A DNA stretch of 64,000 bases from an uncultured delta proteobacterium (lineage in GTDB: Bacteria > Desulfobacterota > Binatia > UBA9968), in assembly GCA_963760795.1 (NCBI GenBank), contig CAVXEP010000012.1, positions 32,001 to 96,000 on the forward strand. The letters run 5' to 3'. Below the pieces are notes generated by a model that ran no database searches, was not told where the DNA came from, and saw nothing but the letters and a program-made list of their open reading frames with translations. Position numbers and translations under genes: made by a program. Each line of letters starts with the position of its first letter. The stretch's first letter is position 1. Below are positions 11,413 to 23,069 of the stretch, one piece after another.

Positions 11413-12171
11413 CTAAAGTTGACTCAAAATATACGGACCGTTTTTAGTGATCGCTATCGAATGCTCGAAATGGGCGGCCAAGCTACCATCTTTGGTCACC
11501 GCCGTCCAACCGTCTTCTTTAATTTCGACTTCGTAACCGCCGATATTAACCATCGGCTCCACCGCCAGGACCATGCCTTCTTTTAAGCGCAGGCCACGAT
11601 CCTTTTCGCCGTAGTTCGGCACCGGCGGCTCCTCGTGGAGCTTCTTGCCGATGCCATGACCGACAAAGGCTCGGACGACGGAATAGCCTGCATCCTCAGC
11701 AACCTTTTGCACCGCCGCGCCGAGATCGCCCAATCGTTTGCCCTCATGGAGCTGCTCGATTCCAGCGTAGAGCGATGCCTCGGTCACGTCCAATAACTTT
11801 TGCGCCGCTGCGCTTACTTTGCCGACCGCCACGGTCATCGCTGAGTCGCCGTAGAATCCGTCATAGATGACCCCATAGTCGAGGCCGACAATATCGCCTT
11901 CGCGCAAAGGGCGGTTTGACGGGATGCCATGAACGATCTCGTCATTGACCGAAGCACACAGGCAGCGCGGATAAACCCGGCCGGCGACGTTATAACCCTT
12001 GAACGCCGGAATCGCCTTGCGGCTCAGCGTCATTTCTTCGGCAATGGCGTCCAAATCCAAAGTTGTGATGCCCGGCGCCACGCGCTTTTTCAGCTCCTGG
12101 AGAACCTCGGCAACGATCACATTCGCTCTTCTCATGATCTCGATTTCTCGAGCCGATTTGAGCGAAATCAC
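11413..12171 (-). CDS. map: Methionine aminopeptidase type I
   Basis: [27 protein letters not shown]. Confidence 0.98.
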   Translation of the reverse strand: MISLKSAREIEIMRRANVIVAEVLQELKKRVAPGITTLDLDAIAEEMTLSRKAIPAFKGYNVAGRVYPRCLCASVNDEIVHGIPSNRPLREGDIVGLDYGVIYDGFYGDSAMTVAVGKVSAAAQKLLDVTEASLYAGIEQLHEGKRLGDLGAAVQKVAEDAGYSVVRAFVGHGIGKKLHEEPPVPNYGEKDRGLRLKEGMVLAVEPMVNIGGYEVEIKEDGWTAVTKDGSLAAHFEHSIAITKNGPYILSQL

Positions 12172-12833
12172 GGCGCCATGCCTCCCAAGGCTTTCATGAC
12201 CCGGGCGCGGATTTCATCGATGCTGCCAACGCCGTCGATCTCCCGCAAAATACCCTGGCGACGATAATAATCGACCAGGGGCGCGGTCTGAGCATCGTAG
12301 ACGGCTAAACGGTTGGCGATGGTCTCTTCCTTATCATCTTCGCGCTGAAACAATTCGCCGCCGCAGTGGTCGCATACTCCATCTCGCTTCGGTGGGTCAA
12401 AGACCATATGACACAGCGCGCCGCACTTTTTGCAAGTCCGCCTTCCCGCCAGCCGTTCGATAATGACTGCTCTTGGCACCTGAACCGACAGGACACAGTT
12501 CAAGCTCAGCGCCAATTTCTTAAGCAGCGCATCTAGGCTTTCGGCCTGAGGTATCGTCCGGGGGAAACCGTCCAGCAGAAATCCCTGAGCGCAATCCACC
12601 TGCTGCAATCGTTCGGCGATGAGGTTTATAATCAAATCGTCGGGTACCAAAGCCCCGCGCTTGATATAATCCCCAGCTTGCTTCCCGAGCGGCGATTGGT
12701 CGGCTACGGCTTTGCGAAGGATGTCTCCGGTGGAGATCTGAACCGCGCCAAATTCCTGCTCAAGCAACTTTGCCTGGGTTCCCTTACCCGCCCCCGGAGG
12801 ACCCAGCAGAACCACACGTGCACTGGCAGCCAA
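12168..12833 (-). CDS. adk: Adenylate kinase (Zn-binding LID)
   Basis: GPPGAGKGTQ, LDGFPRT, CKKC...CDHC. Confidence 0.98.
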   Translation of the reverse strand: MAASARVVLLGPPGAGKGTQAKLLEQEFGAVQISTGDILRKAVADQSPLGKQAGDYIKRGALVPDDLIINLIAERLQQVDCAQGFLLDGFPRTIPQAESLDALLKKLALSLNCVLSVQVPRAVIIERLAGRRTCKKCGALCHMVFDPPKRDGVCDHCGGELFQREDDKEETIANRLAVYDAQTAPLVDYYRRQGILREIDGVGSIDEIRARVMKALGGMAP

Positions 12834-12836
12834 GAT

Positions 12837-14147
12837 TTAGCCCTTTCTGCCGCGCAACCTACCACGCTTCATGAAGCCTTCATAGTTCCTGCTGATCAGA
12901 TGGGTTTCCATCTGCGCCACCGTGTCCAGGCCGACGCCGACCACGATCAACAGCGCGGTTCCGCCAAAATAAAAAGGCACATTGAATTGCCGCACCAACA
13001 AGGATGGCAATAACGCGATCAAGCAGAGATAAACCGCCCCGCTCAAGGTTATGCGCGACAACACCTTTTCAATGAACTCAGCGGTTTTCTGTCCCGGTCT
13101 AATGCCTGGAATGTAGCCGCCAGCCTTTTTCATGTTCTCGGCCACGTCACTGGGATTAAACACCACCGCCGTGTAGAAAAATGCGAAAAAGATAATCAGC
13201 GCGATCTGAGCAATCTCATAGAGCCATTGACCCGGCGCCAGCATACCGGAAATTGTTTGAATCCAAGGATGCGCCGCGAATTGCGCCATGGTCGCCGGGA
13301 AAATTAACACCGATGAAGCGAAGATGATCGGAATCACGTTCGCGGTATTTACTTTTAGCGGCAAGTGCGAGGTCATGCCGCCGTACATACGCCGGCCAAC
13401 TACTCGTTTGGCGTATTGTACCGGGATGCGCCGTTGGCCGCGTTCGACGAAAATAATCGCGCCGATGATCGCGACACTGAGAACCAATATCACCAAAGCG
13501 ACCAAGGGTCCGAGCTCGCCATTGCGCATGAATTCAAAAGTCGACCAAATCGCCGAAGGCAGACGGGCGACAATTCCGGCGAAGATGATCAGCGACATGC
13601 CATTGCCGATGCCCCGTTCAGTGATCTGCTCGCCCAGCCACATGATAAACGCCGTGCCAGACGTGAGCGTCACCACAGTCATGAAACGGAAGGCAACACC
13701 GGGGTTGAGCACCAGCGGCGTGCCGCCCGGTCCCTGCGTGCCTTCCAGGCCGATGGCGATCATCGTGCCTTGGACGATGGACAGCAACACCGTGCCATAT
13801 CGGGTGTATTGTGTAATCTTGCGCCGGCCGACTTCGCCTTCCTTGGAGAGCCTTTCCAGATAGGGGAAAACCACCGTCAGTAACTGCAAAATGATCGACG
13901 CACTGATGTAGGGCATGATGCCCAGCGAAAAAACTGAAAACTGTTCCAACGCGCCGCCCGAGAACAGATTGAGAAAGCCGAATAGAGTATTTTTCTGTTG
14001 ATCGAAAAACGCCGCCATGGCTGCTCTATCGATACCCGGTGTCGGCACGTGGACACCGAGGCGATACACCGCTAGCATCCCCAGGGCGAAAATCACCCGG
14101 CGGCGCAGCTCCGGCACCCGCGATGCGTTTTGGAATCCGCTAAGCAT
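12837..14147 (-). CDS. secY: Preprotein translocase SecY
   Basis: [39 protein letters not shown]. Confidence 0.99.
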   Translation of the reverse strand: MLSGFQNASRVPELRRRVIFALGMLAVYRLGVHVPTPGIDRAAMAAFFDQQKNTLFGFLNLFSGGALEQFSVFSLGIMPYISASIILQLLTVVFPYLERLSKEGEVGRRKITQYTRYGTVLLSIVQGTMIAIGLEGTQGPGGTPLVLNPGVAFRFMTVVTLTSGTAFIMWLGEQITERGIGNGMSLIIFAGIVARLPSAIWSTFEFMRNGELGPLVALVILVLSVAIIGAIIFVERGQRRIPVQYAKRVVGRRMYGGMTSHLPLKVNTANVIPIIFASSVLIFPATMAQFAAHPWIQTISGMLAPGQWLYEIAQIALIIFFAFFYTAVVFNPSDVAENMKKAGGYIPGIRPGQKTAEFIEKVLSRITLSGAVYLCLIALLPSLLVRQFNVPFYFGGTALLIVVGVGLDTVAQMETHLISRNYEGFMKRGRLRGRKG

Positions 14148-14593
14148 GAACGTTCGATTAACTCCGCTTTGCCGCCGGCCGCTTCGATCTTTTGTCTTGC
14201 GCTGGCGGAAAAGCCATGGGCGCGAATCGTCACCGCTTTGGTCAAGTTGCCCTCGCCCAAGACTTTGACTTGGCGATTCTTACCGCTAATCAAGCCGTGT
14301 TGGGACATGGTGTCAGGAGCGATGTCGCCAGCGCTGGCGAGCAGGTCCAATTGAGTTAGATTGACTACCGCCATTTCGATGCGAAAGATGTTGTGAAAAC
14401 CGCGTTTGGGCAAGCGCCGTTGCAGCGGCATCTGGCCGCCTTCAAAACCGGGCTTAGTATTGCCACCGGAACGCGAGCCCTGTCCCTTATGACCGCGGCC
14501 CGAAGTCTTCCCATGGCCTGAGCCGGGACCCCGGCCGACCCGTTTGCGATTTTTGCTCGAACCGGGTGCCGGTTTCAAATCATCGAGTTTCAT
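14093..14593 (-). CDS. rplO: 50S ribosomal protein L15 (3' end overlaps secY by 55 nt)
   Basis: [39 protein letters not shown]. Confidence 0.97.
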   Translation of the reverse strand: MKLDDLKPAPGSSKNRKRVGRGPGSGHGKTSGRGHKGQGSRSGGNTKPGFEGGQMPLQRRLPKRGFHNIFRIEMAVVNLTQLDLLASAGDIAPDTMSQHGLISGKNRQVKVLGEGNLTKAVTIRAHGFSASARQKIEAAGGKAELIERSCLADSKTHRGCRSCAAG

Positions 14594-14595
14594 AA

Positions 14596-15093
14596 TTAGC
14601 GAATCTCCGCCAAGGTTTTGCCGCGCCGGTCGGCGATTTCTTCCGGCTGGCGCAAGTCGCGCAGCGCTTCGAATGTCGCTTTGACCATGTTATGCGGATT
14701 GTTCGAACCGAGACATTTGGTCAAGACATTTTGGATGCCGGAGGCTTCCACCACCGCGCGCACGCCGCCGCCGGCGATCACGCCGGTGCCGCCTGAGGCG
14801 GGTTTAAGAATCACATGGCCGGCGCCGTAATGTCCTACCACTTCGTAGGGAATCGTCCCGTCCATGATCGGCACGCGAATCAAATTCTTTTTCGCCTGCT
14901 CTAAACCTTTGCGAATCGCTTCCGGGACTTCCTTGGCCTTGCCCATGCCGTAGCCAACCACCGAGTGGCTATCGCCGGTCACCACTAAGGCGCTAAAACT
15001 AAAGCGCCGGCCGCCTTTAACGACCTTGGCCACCCGGCTGATGTGAACCACTTTTTCTTTCAATTCTAAACCTTGGGGATCGATCCGTTCCAA
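14596..15093 (-). CDS. rpsE: 30S ribosomal protein S5
   Basis: [22 protein letters not shown]. Confidence 0.99.
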   Translation of the reverse strand: MERIDPQGLELKEKVVHISRVAKVVKGGRRFSFSALVVTGDSHSVVGYGMGKAKEVPEAIRKGLEQAKKNLIRVPIMDGTIPYEVVGHYGAGHVILKPASGGTGVIAGGGVRAVVEASGIQNVLTKCLGSNNPHNMVKATFEALRDLRQPEEIADRRGKTLAEIR

Positions 15094-15117
15094 AGCGACC
15101 TCTCGTTCAATTGCCGG

Positions 15118-15483
15118 TTAAAAGTCTAAGCCGCCTTCGCGAGCGCCATCCGCCACAGCCTTCACCCGGCCATGGTAGATAAACCCGTTGCGGTCGAAAA
15201 CCACGCTGGTAATATTTTTTTCCTTACAGACTTTGGCCAAGGCAACGCCGACTTGCTTAGCCGCATCGACACCGTTGTGCTTTTTTATCTGCTCGGCCAA
15301 TTCTTCGGACAGCGTGGACACCGCCGCCAAGGTTTTCCCTTGGCTATCCGAAATGACCTGCGCGTAAATATGCTTATTGCTACGAAATACACAAACTCGC
15401 GGGCGGAGATCCGTGCCGCGAACCTTTTTACGTACTCGAACTTTTCGCCGCTGCCGGCCGATATCTAGTCGCTTGCTCGACAT
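15118..15483 (-). CDS. rplR: 50S ribosomal protein L18
   Basis: [25 protein letters not shown]. Confidence 0.99.
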   Translation of the reverse strand: MSSKRLDIGRQRRKVRVRKKVRGTDLRPRVCVFRSNKHIYAQVISDSQGKTLAAVSTLSEELAEQIKKHNGVDAAKQVGVALAKVCKEKNITSVVFDRNGFIYHGRVKAVADGAREGGLDF

Positions 15484-15500
15484 CTCAAATCCTCGGTAGC

Positions 15501-16052
<552 letters not shown>

Positions 16053-16070
16053 ATTACACCTCGATCAGTC

Positions 16071-16475
16071 CTACCAAACAGTACAGATCAATTCACCGCC
16101 AACCTTGGCGCGCATCGCTTCACGATCGACCAAGATACCCTTGGGCGTCGAGAGCACATGGATACCCAATCCTTTGCGGATCGGCGTCGCCTCTTGGGAG
16201 CCGACATAGACCCGCCGACCGGGCTTGCTGACCCGCTTCATGCCGAGGATGATGGGCCGGCTTTCCCGGTCGAACTTCAGCGTGATGATCATCTCATCGC
16301 CGCCACCGATGGCGGCTTTGACCTTTTTTTGGTCCTTGAGATAGCCTTCATCGATCAAGACCTTGACGATGTTTTCTTTTAGATGCGAATAGGGCACCGT
16401 CACTTTTTGATGGCGCGCCCGTGAAGCGTTGCGAATCCGTGTAAGTAAATCCGCGATCGGATCGGTCATTCCCAT
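16071..16475 (-). CDS. rpsH: 30S ribosomal protein S8
   Basis: TDPIADLLTRIRN, SKPGRRVY, GGELIC. Confidence 0.99.
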   Translation of the reverse strand: MGMTDPIADLLTRIRNASRARHQKVTVPYSHLKENIVKVLIDEGYLKDQKKVKAAIGGGDEMIITLKFDRESRPIILGMKRVSKPGRRVYVGSQEATPIRKGLGIHVLSTPKGILVDREAMRAKVGGELICTVW

Positions 16476-16490
16476 ATTAAACTCCAGCCT

Positions 16491-16676
16491 CTACCAACTG
16501 GCCTTGATCAGTCCGGGGATATTTCCCTTACGCGCGTTATCGCGCAGACATAACCGGCACATGCGGAAACGGCGATAAAATGCCCGTGAACGACCGCAGA
16601 GCGGACAGCGGTTGTATTCCCGCACTTTGAACTTGTTCGGTCGTTCGGCTTTGATTCTTAGACAAGTCTTGGCCAA
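16491..16676 (-). CDS. rpsN: 30S ribosomal protein S14 type Z (zinc-binding)
   Basis: 61 aa, RCPLCGR...MCRLCLR...ASW. Confidence 0.98.
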   Translation of the reverse strand: MAKTCLRIKAERPNKFKVREYNRCPLCGRSRAFYRRFRMCRLCLRDNARKGNIPGLIKASW

Positions 16677-16693
16677 TGGAATTTCCCCCTAAA

Positions 16694-17233
<540 letters not shown>

Positions 17234-17265
17234 GGTTACTTCAATCGCCCCACTGGTCTAGCGAA

Positions 17266-17577
17266 CTAATCGAGCGCTTCGTTGCAACGGCGGCAGATGC
17301 GGATTTTTTTGCCGTCGGTGAGTTCCTTATGGCCGATGCGCACCGGCGCGTTGCACTTGTCGCACATCATCATGACGTTGGACACGTTGATCGCTGCTTC
17401 TTTCTCGACGATACCGCCGCTCTGCTGCGGTCCGCGTGGCTTGGTGTGCCGTTTGACGATACTGATCCTCTCAATGATGACTGCGTTTTTCTCCGGCAGC
17501 ACGCGCAGGACTTTGCCGGTCTTACCCCGTTCCTTGCCGGCAATCACCATCACGCTGTCGTTTTTACGAATCTCCAC
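17266..17577 (-). CDS. rplX: 50S ribosomal protein L24
   Basis: VIAGKERGKTGKV, GGIVEKEAAINVSNV. Confidence 0.98.
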   Translation of the reverse strand: MEIRKNDSVMVIAGKERGKTGKVLRVLPEKNAVIIERISIVKRHTKPRGPQQSGGIVEKEAAINVSNVMMMCDKCNAPVRIGHKELTDGKKIRICRRCNEALD

Positions 17578-17601
17578 GAGCGATTTCTCCTCAATCTCCG
17601 G

Positions 17602-17970
17602 CTAAAGCACTTCAGGCGCCAGAGAAATGATCTTCATGAATTTCTTGGCGCGTAGTTCTCGCGCCACCGGTCCGAAGATACGCGTCCCCACCGGCTCTTT
17701 TTGATTGTCGATCAACACTGCGGAGTTCGTGTCGAAGCGGATGTAGGTTCCATCCGGTCGCCCCAGCTCCTTGGCGGTCCGCACCACCACGGCCTTCACG
17801 ACGTCGCCCTTTTTCACCTTGCCGTTGGGAATCGCTTCCTGCACCGCGACCACGATAATATCACCGACGGAGGCATAGCGACGCTTGCTGCCACCCAAGA
17901 CTTTGATGCACTGGACTCGGCGTGCGCCCGAATTGTCCGCCACATCCAGGTTAGAATTGGTCTGAATCAT
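17602..17970 (-). CDS. rplN: 50S ribosomal protein L14
   Basis: [27 protein letters not shown]. Confidence 0.99.
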   Translation of the reverse strand: MIQTNSNLDVADNSGARRVQCIKVLGGSKRRYASVGDIIVVAVQEAIPNGKVKKGDVVKAVVVRTAKELGRPDGTYIRFDTNSAVLIDNQKEPVGTRIFGPVARELRAKKFMKIISLAPEVL

Positions 17971-18004
17971 AGATCAGTCTCGACTCACTTTCATCGCCCA
18001 AACC

Positions 18005-18286
18005 TTAGCCGATGGCTATTTCGGGCCCCGATTTGGTCTTTTCCAAAACCTTGCTTACGCGCCAGCGTTTGTCGCGACTGAGCGGACGGCATTCAACCAG
18101 CAACACCCGGTCGCCGACATGGCACTGATTGGTTTCGTCGTGAGCTTTCACTCGTGAACGACGGCGTAAGATTTTTTTGTAACGCGGGTGAATCACCGCG
18201 CGTTCGATGGAGACCACGACGGTCTTTGCCATTTTATCGCTGACCACCACACCGCTACGCTCTTTTTGTAATCCTCTGCCTTCCAT
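18005..18286 (-). CDS. rpsQ: 30S ribosomal protein S17
   Basis: GVVVSDKMAKT, ECRPLSRDKRW. Confidence 0.98.
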   Translation of the reverse strand: MEGRGLQKERSGVVVSDKMAKTVVVSIERAVIHPRYKKILRRRSRVKAHDETNQCHVGDRVLLVECRPLSRDKRWRVSKVLEKTKSGPEIAIG

Positions 18287-18288
18287 GC

Positions 18289-18492
18289 TCAGCCTTCCTG
18301 ACTCTGGAGCGCTTTTTCGCGCAAAATGGTTGCGACCCGGGCGAGATCCCGTTTGGTTTCTTTAAGCTTCATGGGATTCTCCAACCGGCTGGTCGCCCGC
18401 TTAAGCGCCAAATGGCCGATTTCTTCGCGCAAGGTCGCCAGCTTTTCTTGCAAATCTGCGGCGCTCATACCGCGAAGTTCTTTAGCTTCCAT
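18289..18492 (-). CDS. rpmC: 50S ribosomal protein L29
   Basis: MEAKELR...[19 protein letters not shown]; position in S10 operon. Confidence 0.95.
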   Translation of the reverse strand: MEAKELRGMSAADLQEKLATLREEIGHLALKRATSRLENPMKLKETKRDLARVATILREKALQSQEG

Positions 18493-18907
18493 GCACTAAT
18501 CCTCTGCGTTCGACCATTGTGGTGGCAATCGACAGCTTATGCGCCGCCAAACGAAATGCTTCCTTGGCGAGCACGGCTTCGACCCCTTCCATCTCGAATA
18601 GGATCCGTCCCGGTTGGACCACGGCGACCCATTTCTCGGTCGCGCCCTTACCTTTGCCCATGCGGGTTTCCAGGGGTTTCTTGGTCAATGGTTTGTCTGG
18701 GAAGATGCGAATCCAAACCTTGCCACCGCGTTTCAAATAACGCGTCAATGCGACACGAGCCGCTTCGATTTCCCGCGCGCTCATCCATCCTCGCCCCAGC
18801 GCCTTCAGCCCATAATCGCCGAATGCGAGTGTGGAACCTCGGTGCGCCGTGCCACGGCGGCGGCCCTTTTGCAGTTTACGAAACTTTACTTTTTTCGGTT
18901 CAAGCAT
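18482..18907 (-). CDS. rplP: 50S ribosomal protein L16
   Basis: [18 protein letters not shown]. Confidence 0.99.
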   Translation of the reverse strand: MLEPKKVKFRKLQKGRRRGTAHRGSTLAFGDYGLKALGRGWMSAREIEAARVALTRYLKRGGKVWIRIFPDKPLTKKPLETRMGKGKGATEKWVAVVQPGRILFEMEGVEAVLAKEAFRLAAHKLSIATTMVERRGLVHGS

Positions 18908-18960
18908 TTTCTTAGTCGAGTTAAATTATTTATTCTAGCGCAACCAATCGATCCGCTGAA

Positions 18961-19623
18961 TCAACCGCCCATCATCGCTTTCTGCTGCTCTTCTTCCGCG
19001 GTCAATACCTCACCACGGAAGATCCAAACCTTGACGCCGATAATGCCGTAAGTCGTATGCGCTTCGGCAGTGCCATAGTTGACGTCGGCGCGCAGGGTAT
19101 GCAGCGGCACACGGCCTTCGCGATACCATTCCGTACGGGCGATTTCAGAACCGCCCAAGCGGCCGGCGCACTGAATTCTTACGCCCTGGGCGCCCATGCG
19201 CAAAGCCCGTGAGACACTTTCCTTCATGGCGCGCCGGAAGGCGACGCGACGCTCGAGCTGCAAAGCGACATTTTCCGAAGTCAATTGCGCGTCCAAGTCC
19301 GGCCGGCGCACTTCGTGAATGTTGATATAGGTCTCACGATGGGTGAGCTTGGTAATTTCTTCCTTGAGCTTTTCGATCTCGGCGCCCTTTTTACCGATGA
19401 CGATACCGGGACGCGCCGTGTGAATGTTGATCTTAGCCTTGTTCGCCGCCCGTTCTATTTCGATGCGCGAAATGCCGGCATGATAGAGCCGGGTTTTTAA
19501 AAATTTCTTGATCCGGAAATCTTCGTGTAAGAGCTTGGGATAGTCATGGCGGGCAAACCATTTGGAGTCCCAGGTCTCAATGACGCCTAGGCGAAACAAT
19601 TTCGGATGTGTTTTTTGACCCAT
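18961..19623 (-). CDS. rpsC: 30S ribosomal protein S3
   Basis: [27 protein letters not shown]. Confidence 0.99.
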   Translation of the reverse strand: MGQKTHPKLFRLGVIETWDSKWFARHDYPKLLHEDFRIKKFLKTRLYHAGISRIEIERAANKAKINIHTARPGIVIGKKGAEIEKLKEEITKLTHRETYINIHEVRRPDLDAQLTSENVALQLERRVAFRRAMKESVSRALRMGAQGVRIQCAGRLGGSEIARTEWYREGRVPLHTLRADVNYGTAEAHTTYGIIGVKVWIFRGEVLTAEEEQQKAMMGG

Positions 19624-19629
19624 CGAAAG

Positions 19630-19974
19630 TTAACTCCTCCCCTCGGACTCATCGAGGATGATCGTCACATGGCTTAGCCGCTTACGAACACGCGTCGCAC
19701 GTCCTTGAGCACGTGAGGTAAAACGCTTCCACATGCCAGCCTCATCGACTTTCGCTTGCTTGACGAACAACCGGTCGACATCGACGCTCTGGGTGTTTTC
19801 CGCGTTGGCCACCGCCGTCCGCACGGTTTTGGCGACGATCCCGGCGGAGCGCTTGGGAATAAACTTGAGAATATTGAGCGCTTCCTCGACACCCTTGCCG
19901 CGAATTTGGTCTACCACCAAACGCACCTTGCGCGGTGAGACCCGGATAAATTTTGTGATCGCGCGTGTTTCCAT
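19630..19974 (-). CDS. rplV: 50S ribosomal protein L22
   Basis: METRAITKFIRVSPRKVRLVVDQIRG...RAQGRA; true start ATG 19974. Confidence 0.97.
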   Translation of the reverse strand: METRAITKFIRVSPRKVRLVVDQIRGKGVEEALNILKFIPKRSAGIVAKTVRTAVANAENTQSVDVDRLFVKQAKVDEAGMWKRFTSRAQGRATRVRKRLSHVTIILDESEGRS

Positions 19975-20011
19975 GACTTCGTCAATCGTTCCTAATCGGT
20001 TATGGCTTGCC

Positions 20012-20329
20012 TTAACTCTTTGCCGGTGCGGCCCGCGGCGCACCACCGGTGTCCTTAGCATCACTCTTGCGATCCCCTGAATGCGCGTAGAATGTGCGCG
20101 TCGGCGAGAATTCACCGAGTTTGTGGCCGACCATATTTTCACTGACAAACACCGGAATGAACTTCCGGCCGTTGTGCACGCCGATGGTGAGACCGACCAT
20201 CTCCGGCGTCACCGTCGAACGGCGCGACCAGGTACGAATCACCTGGCGACCGCGGGTCTCCGCCATCGCCGTGACCTTCTTCTGCAAATGGTCGTCGATG
20301 AAAGGTCCTTTTTTAACCGAACGGGCCAT
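20012..20329 (-). CDS. rpsS: 30S ribosomal protein S19
   Basis: [27 protein letters not shown]. Confidence 0.99.
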   Translation of the reverse strand: MARSVKKGPFIDDHLQKKVTAMAETRGRQVIRTWSRRSTVTPEMVGLTIGVHNGRKFIPVFVSENMVGHKLGEFSPTRTFYAHSGDRKSDAKDTGGAPRAAPAKS

Positions 20330-20331
20330 CT

Positions 20332-21159
20332 CTACCTACCTTTTCTCCGTGCCACGATATACTTATCGGTGGATTGATTTTTCCGCGTCTTATAACCCTT
20401 GGTCGGTTTTCCCCAAGGCGTCATAGGATGATTACCCTTGGACCGGCCTTCGCCGCCGCCATGGGGATGATCGACGGGGTTTTTCGCGATACCACGGCTT
20501 CCCGGTAGAAAGCCCAACCAGCGCATCCGGCCCGCCTTACCCCAGGAAACATTTTCCTGTTCGGCATTGCCAACTTGTCCCACCGTCGCGCGGCATTCGG
20601 CCAACACGTAGCGTAACTCGCCGGAAGGCAGCTTGAGCAGAGCATAAGTGCCTTCCTTGGCCATCAGCTGCGCGCCCAAACCGGCGCTGCGCACCAGCTG
20701 GCCGCCCTTGCCGATTTTAAGTTCAATATTATGGAGCAGCGTGCCCACCGGAATGAACTTAAGCGGCATAGAGTTGCCAGGTTGGATATCGATGTTGTCA
20801 TCGCCAGCAATCACCGTGGAACCGACCTGGAGCTTTTCCGGCGCTAGGATATAGCGCCGCTCGCCGTCAGCGTAGCAGAGTAGAGCGATACGCGCGGAAC
20901 GATTGGGATCATATTCAATGGCCTCGACCTTTGCCGGGACTTTGAGCTTGTTGCGTTTGAAATCGATCAAACGATAAAGCCGCTTATGACCGCCACCGCG
21001 ATGAAATGCGGTTATCCGGCCGGTATTGTTGCGCCCACCGCTATGGTTGTTGGGTTCCACTAATGCTTTTTCCGGCCGTGCCTTGGTCACCTCATCGAAG
21101 GTGTGGCCGGTGCGAAAACGCATGCCCGCGGATGTTGGCCGGTAAGTTCTAATCGCCAT
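20332..21159 (-). CDS. rplB: 50S ribosomal protein L2
   Basis: [24 protein letters not shown]. Confidence 0.99.
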   Translation of the reverse strand: MAIRTYRPTSAGMRFRTGHTFDEVTKARPEKALVEPNNHSGGRNNTGRITAFHRGGGHKRLYRLIDFKRNKLKVPAKVEAIEYDPNRSARIALLCYADGERRYILAPEKLQVGSTVIAGDDNIDIQPGNSMPLKFIPVGTLLHNIELKIGKGGQLVRSAGLGAQLMAKEGTYALLKLPSGELRYVLAECRATVGQVGNAEQENVSWGKAGRMRWLGFLPGSRGIAKNPVDHPHGGGEGRSKGNHPMTPWGKPTKGYKTRKNQSTDKYIVARRKGR

Positions 21160-21191
21160 GTTATTATTCTCTAATCCCTAATGCTGACACT

Positions 21192-21482
21192 TTAGGCGGC
21201 GCCAAAAAAATCGATTTTGTCGCCTTCCTTGAGAGTTACGTAAGCTTTTTTCCAATCCGGTCGGCGTCCCTGGCTACGGCCGATGCGACGCACCTTGCCA
21301 AGATAACGGGCCATGCGCACTTGCTCGACTTTGACTTTGAACATCTGCTCCACGGCCTGCTTGACCTCGATCTTGTTGGCATTGGTGCGAACCTTGAACA
21401 ATACCTGATTTGCGCTTTCCGTCAGTGCCGTGCCCTTTTCAGAGATCAGCGGCGCTTTGATGATTTCATGTGGCGCCTTCAT
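21192..21482 (-). CDS. rplW: 50S ribosomal protein L23
   Basis: PLISEK, ANKIEVKQAVE, WKKAYVTL. Confidence 0.98.
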   Translation of the reverse strand: MKAPHEIIKAPLISEKGTALTESANQVLFKVRTNANKIEVKQAVEQMFKVKVEQVRMARYLGKVRRIGRSQGRRPDWKKAYVTLKEGDKIDFFGAA

Positions 21483-22075
21483 GCCGCCAACCTTTCTTGC
21501 AAAAGTTTGAGCGCTCCATCGGTCAAAATCAGGTGCTCATAGCGCATCAAATCGTAAACATTCAAGCCCTCGACACGGAGCACTTTGATCTTAGGTATGT
21601 TGCGTGCCGACCGTTCGATCTTTTCATCCGGTTGCGCCACGACGATCACCGCGCTGGCAACCTTTAGTTCGGCCAATGCCTGCACCATGATTTTGGTCTT
21701 GGCCGCTTCGAGCTCAAACTTATCGACGACGATGAGCTTGCCTTCGCGATTCTTGAGACTCAAGGCCGACAACAGCGCTTCGCGCCGCGCCGAACGGGGC
21801 ATACGATATGAGTAATCACGCGGTGTCGGGCCGAACGCGGTGCCGCCACCAACCCAGATCGGTGACCGGGAACTACCGGCACGGGCGCGGCCCGTACCCT
21901 TTTGCCGCCAAGGCTTTTTACCGCCGCCGCGGACAAGTCCTTTGGTCTTAGTCGCAGCCGAACCGGCGCGCCGATTGGCCAACTGCATGACCACGGTTTG
22001 GTGCAGCAGATGGGGGCGGGTTTTGGCGCCGAAAATCGCGTCGTTGAGGGTTGGTTGGATAACGTGGACTTCCAT
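21479..22075 (-). CDS. rplD: 50S ribosomal protein L4
   Basis: KPWRQKGTGRARAGS, WVGGG. Confidence 0.98.
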   Translation of the reverse strand: MEVHVIQPTLNDAIFGAKTRPHLLHQTVVMQLANRRAGSAATKTKGLVRGGGKKPWRQKGTGRARAGSSRSPIWVGGGTAFGPTPRDYSYRMPRSARREALLSALSLKNREGKLIVVDKFELEAAKTKIMVQALAELKVASAVIVVAQPDEKIERSARNIPKIKVLRVEGLNVYDLMRYEHLILTDGALKLLQERLAA

Positions 22076-22080
22076 TTTAA

Positions 22081-22713
22081 TTACCTTTTGACCGCCGGCC
22101 GCAAGATCACCACTCCCTGTTTCGCGCCGGGAACTGCGCCGCGCACGAACATTAAATTTTCCTCGGCACGGATATCGACGACCAAGAGATTCTGTGTGGC
22201 GATCTGCTCATTACCCCAATGGCCAGCCATCTTTTTGCCCTTGCGAACCCGGCCCGGATAAGAACGGTTACCGATGGAGCCGCCATGACGAAAGTACTCG
22301 TGGGTACCATGGGAACCTGGGAAACCGGCAAAGGACCAACGCTTGATGACGCCGGTGAAACCATGCCCCTTAGAGATACCCGCGACATCGATCAGATCGC
22401 CAATTTTGAATAGATCGGCGGCCTTAATTTCCTGCCCGACTTCATAGCCGGAAACATCGTCAAGACGAAATTCGCGCAACACCTCAAAGGCCCCTTTGCC
22501 AGCCTTCGCCATATGGCCTTGCTCGGCTTTGTTGACCCGTTGGGCCTTCTTGCTGCCAAAGCCAACCTGCAACGCGGTGTATCCATCCTTGGACGGCTCT
22601 TTCTTTTGGACGACAATGCAGGGTCCGGTCTCCACAACAGTCACAGGAACTACGTTGCCCTCGGCACTGTAGAACTGCGTCATACCAATTTTTCTGCCAA
22701 TTAGCCCAGTCAT
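22081..22713 (-). CDS. rplC: 50S ribosomal protein L3
   Basis: [27 protein letters not shown]. Confidence 0.99.
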   Translation of the reverse strand: MTGLIGRKIGMTQFYSAEGNVVPVTVVETGPCIVVQKKEPSKDGYTALQVGFGSKKAQRVNKAEQGHMAKAGKGAFEVLREFRLDDVSGYEVGQEIKAADLFKIGDLIDVAGISKGHGFTGVIKRWSFAGFPGSHGTHEYFRHGGSIGNRSYPGRVRKGKKMAGHWGNEQIATQNLLVVDIRAEENLMFVRGAVPGAKQGVVILRPAVKR

Positions 22714-22760
22714 GATCTCATTCCCATCGGCTCTCGTTTAGTGCGACTCTTGTCAGTTGG

Positions 22761-23069
22761 TTACTGGAGCTTGATCTCCACATCCACACCCGCGGCGATA
22801 TCGAGTTTACCTAACGCGTCGATGGTTTGTTGGGTCGGTTCGAGGATATCGAGCAAGCGTTTGTGCGTACGGATTTCGTACTGATCTCGTGATTTCTTGT
22901 CGACATGAGGCGATCGGTTAACCGTGAACCGCTCAATCCGCGTGGGTAGCGGAATCGGTCCCGCGACCCGGCCGCCGGTGCGCCGCACGGTTTCGACAAT
23001 CTCACCCACCGATTGATCCAACACGCGGTGGTCATAGGCCTTCAGCCGAATCCTAATTTTCTCGTTCAT
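22761..23069 (-). CDS. rpsJ: 30S ribosomal protein S10
   Basis: [27 protein letters not shown]. Confidence 0.99.
   Translation of the reverse strand: MNEKIRIRLKAYDHRVLDQSVGEIVETVRRTGGRVAGPIPLPTRIERFTVNRSPHVDKKSRDQYEIRTHKRLLDILEPTQQTIDALGKLDIAAGVDVEIKLQ

Noticed and set aside
14093-14160. C-terminal extension of L15 overlapping secY by 55 nt
   Set aside because: A single indel would give a normal-length L15 ending at the TAG inside ATGCTTAG; cannot be told from an error.
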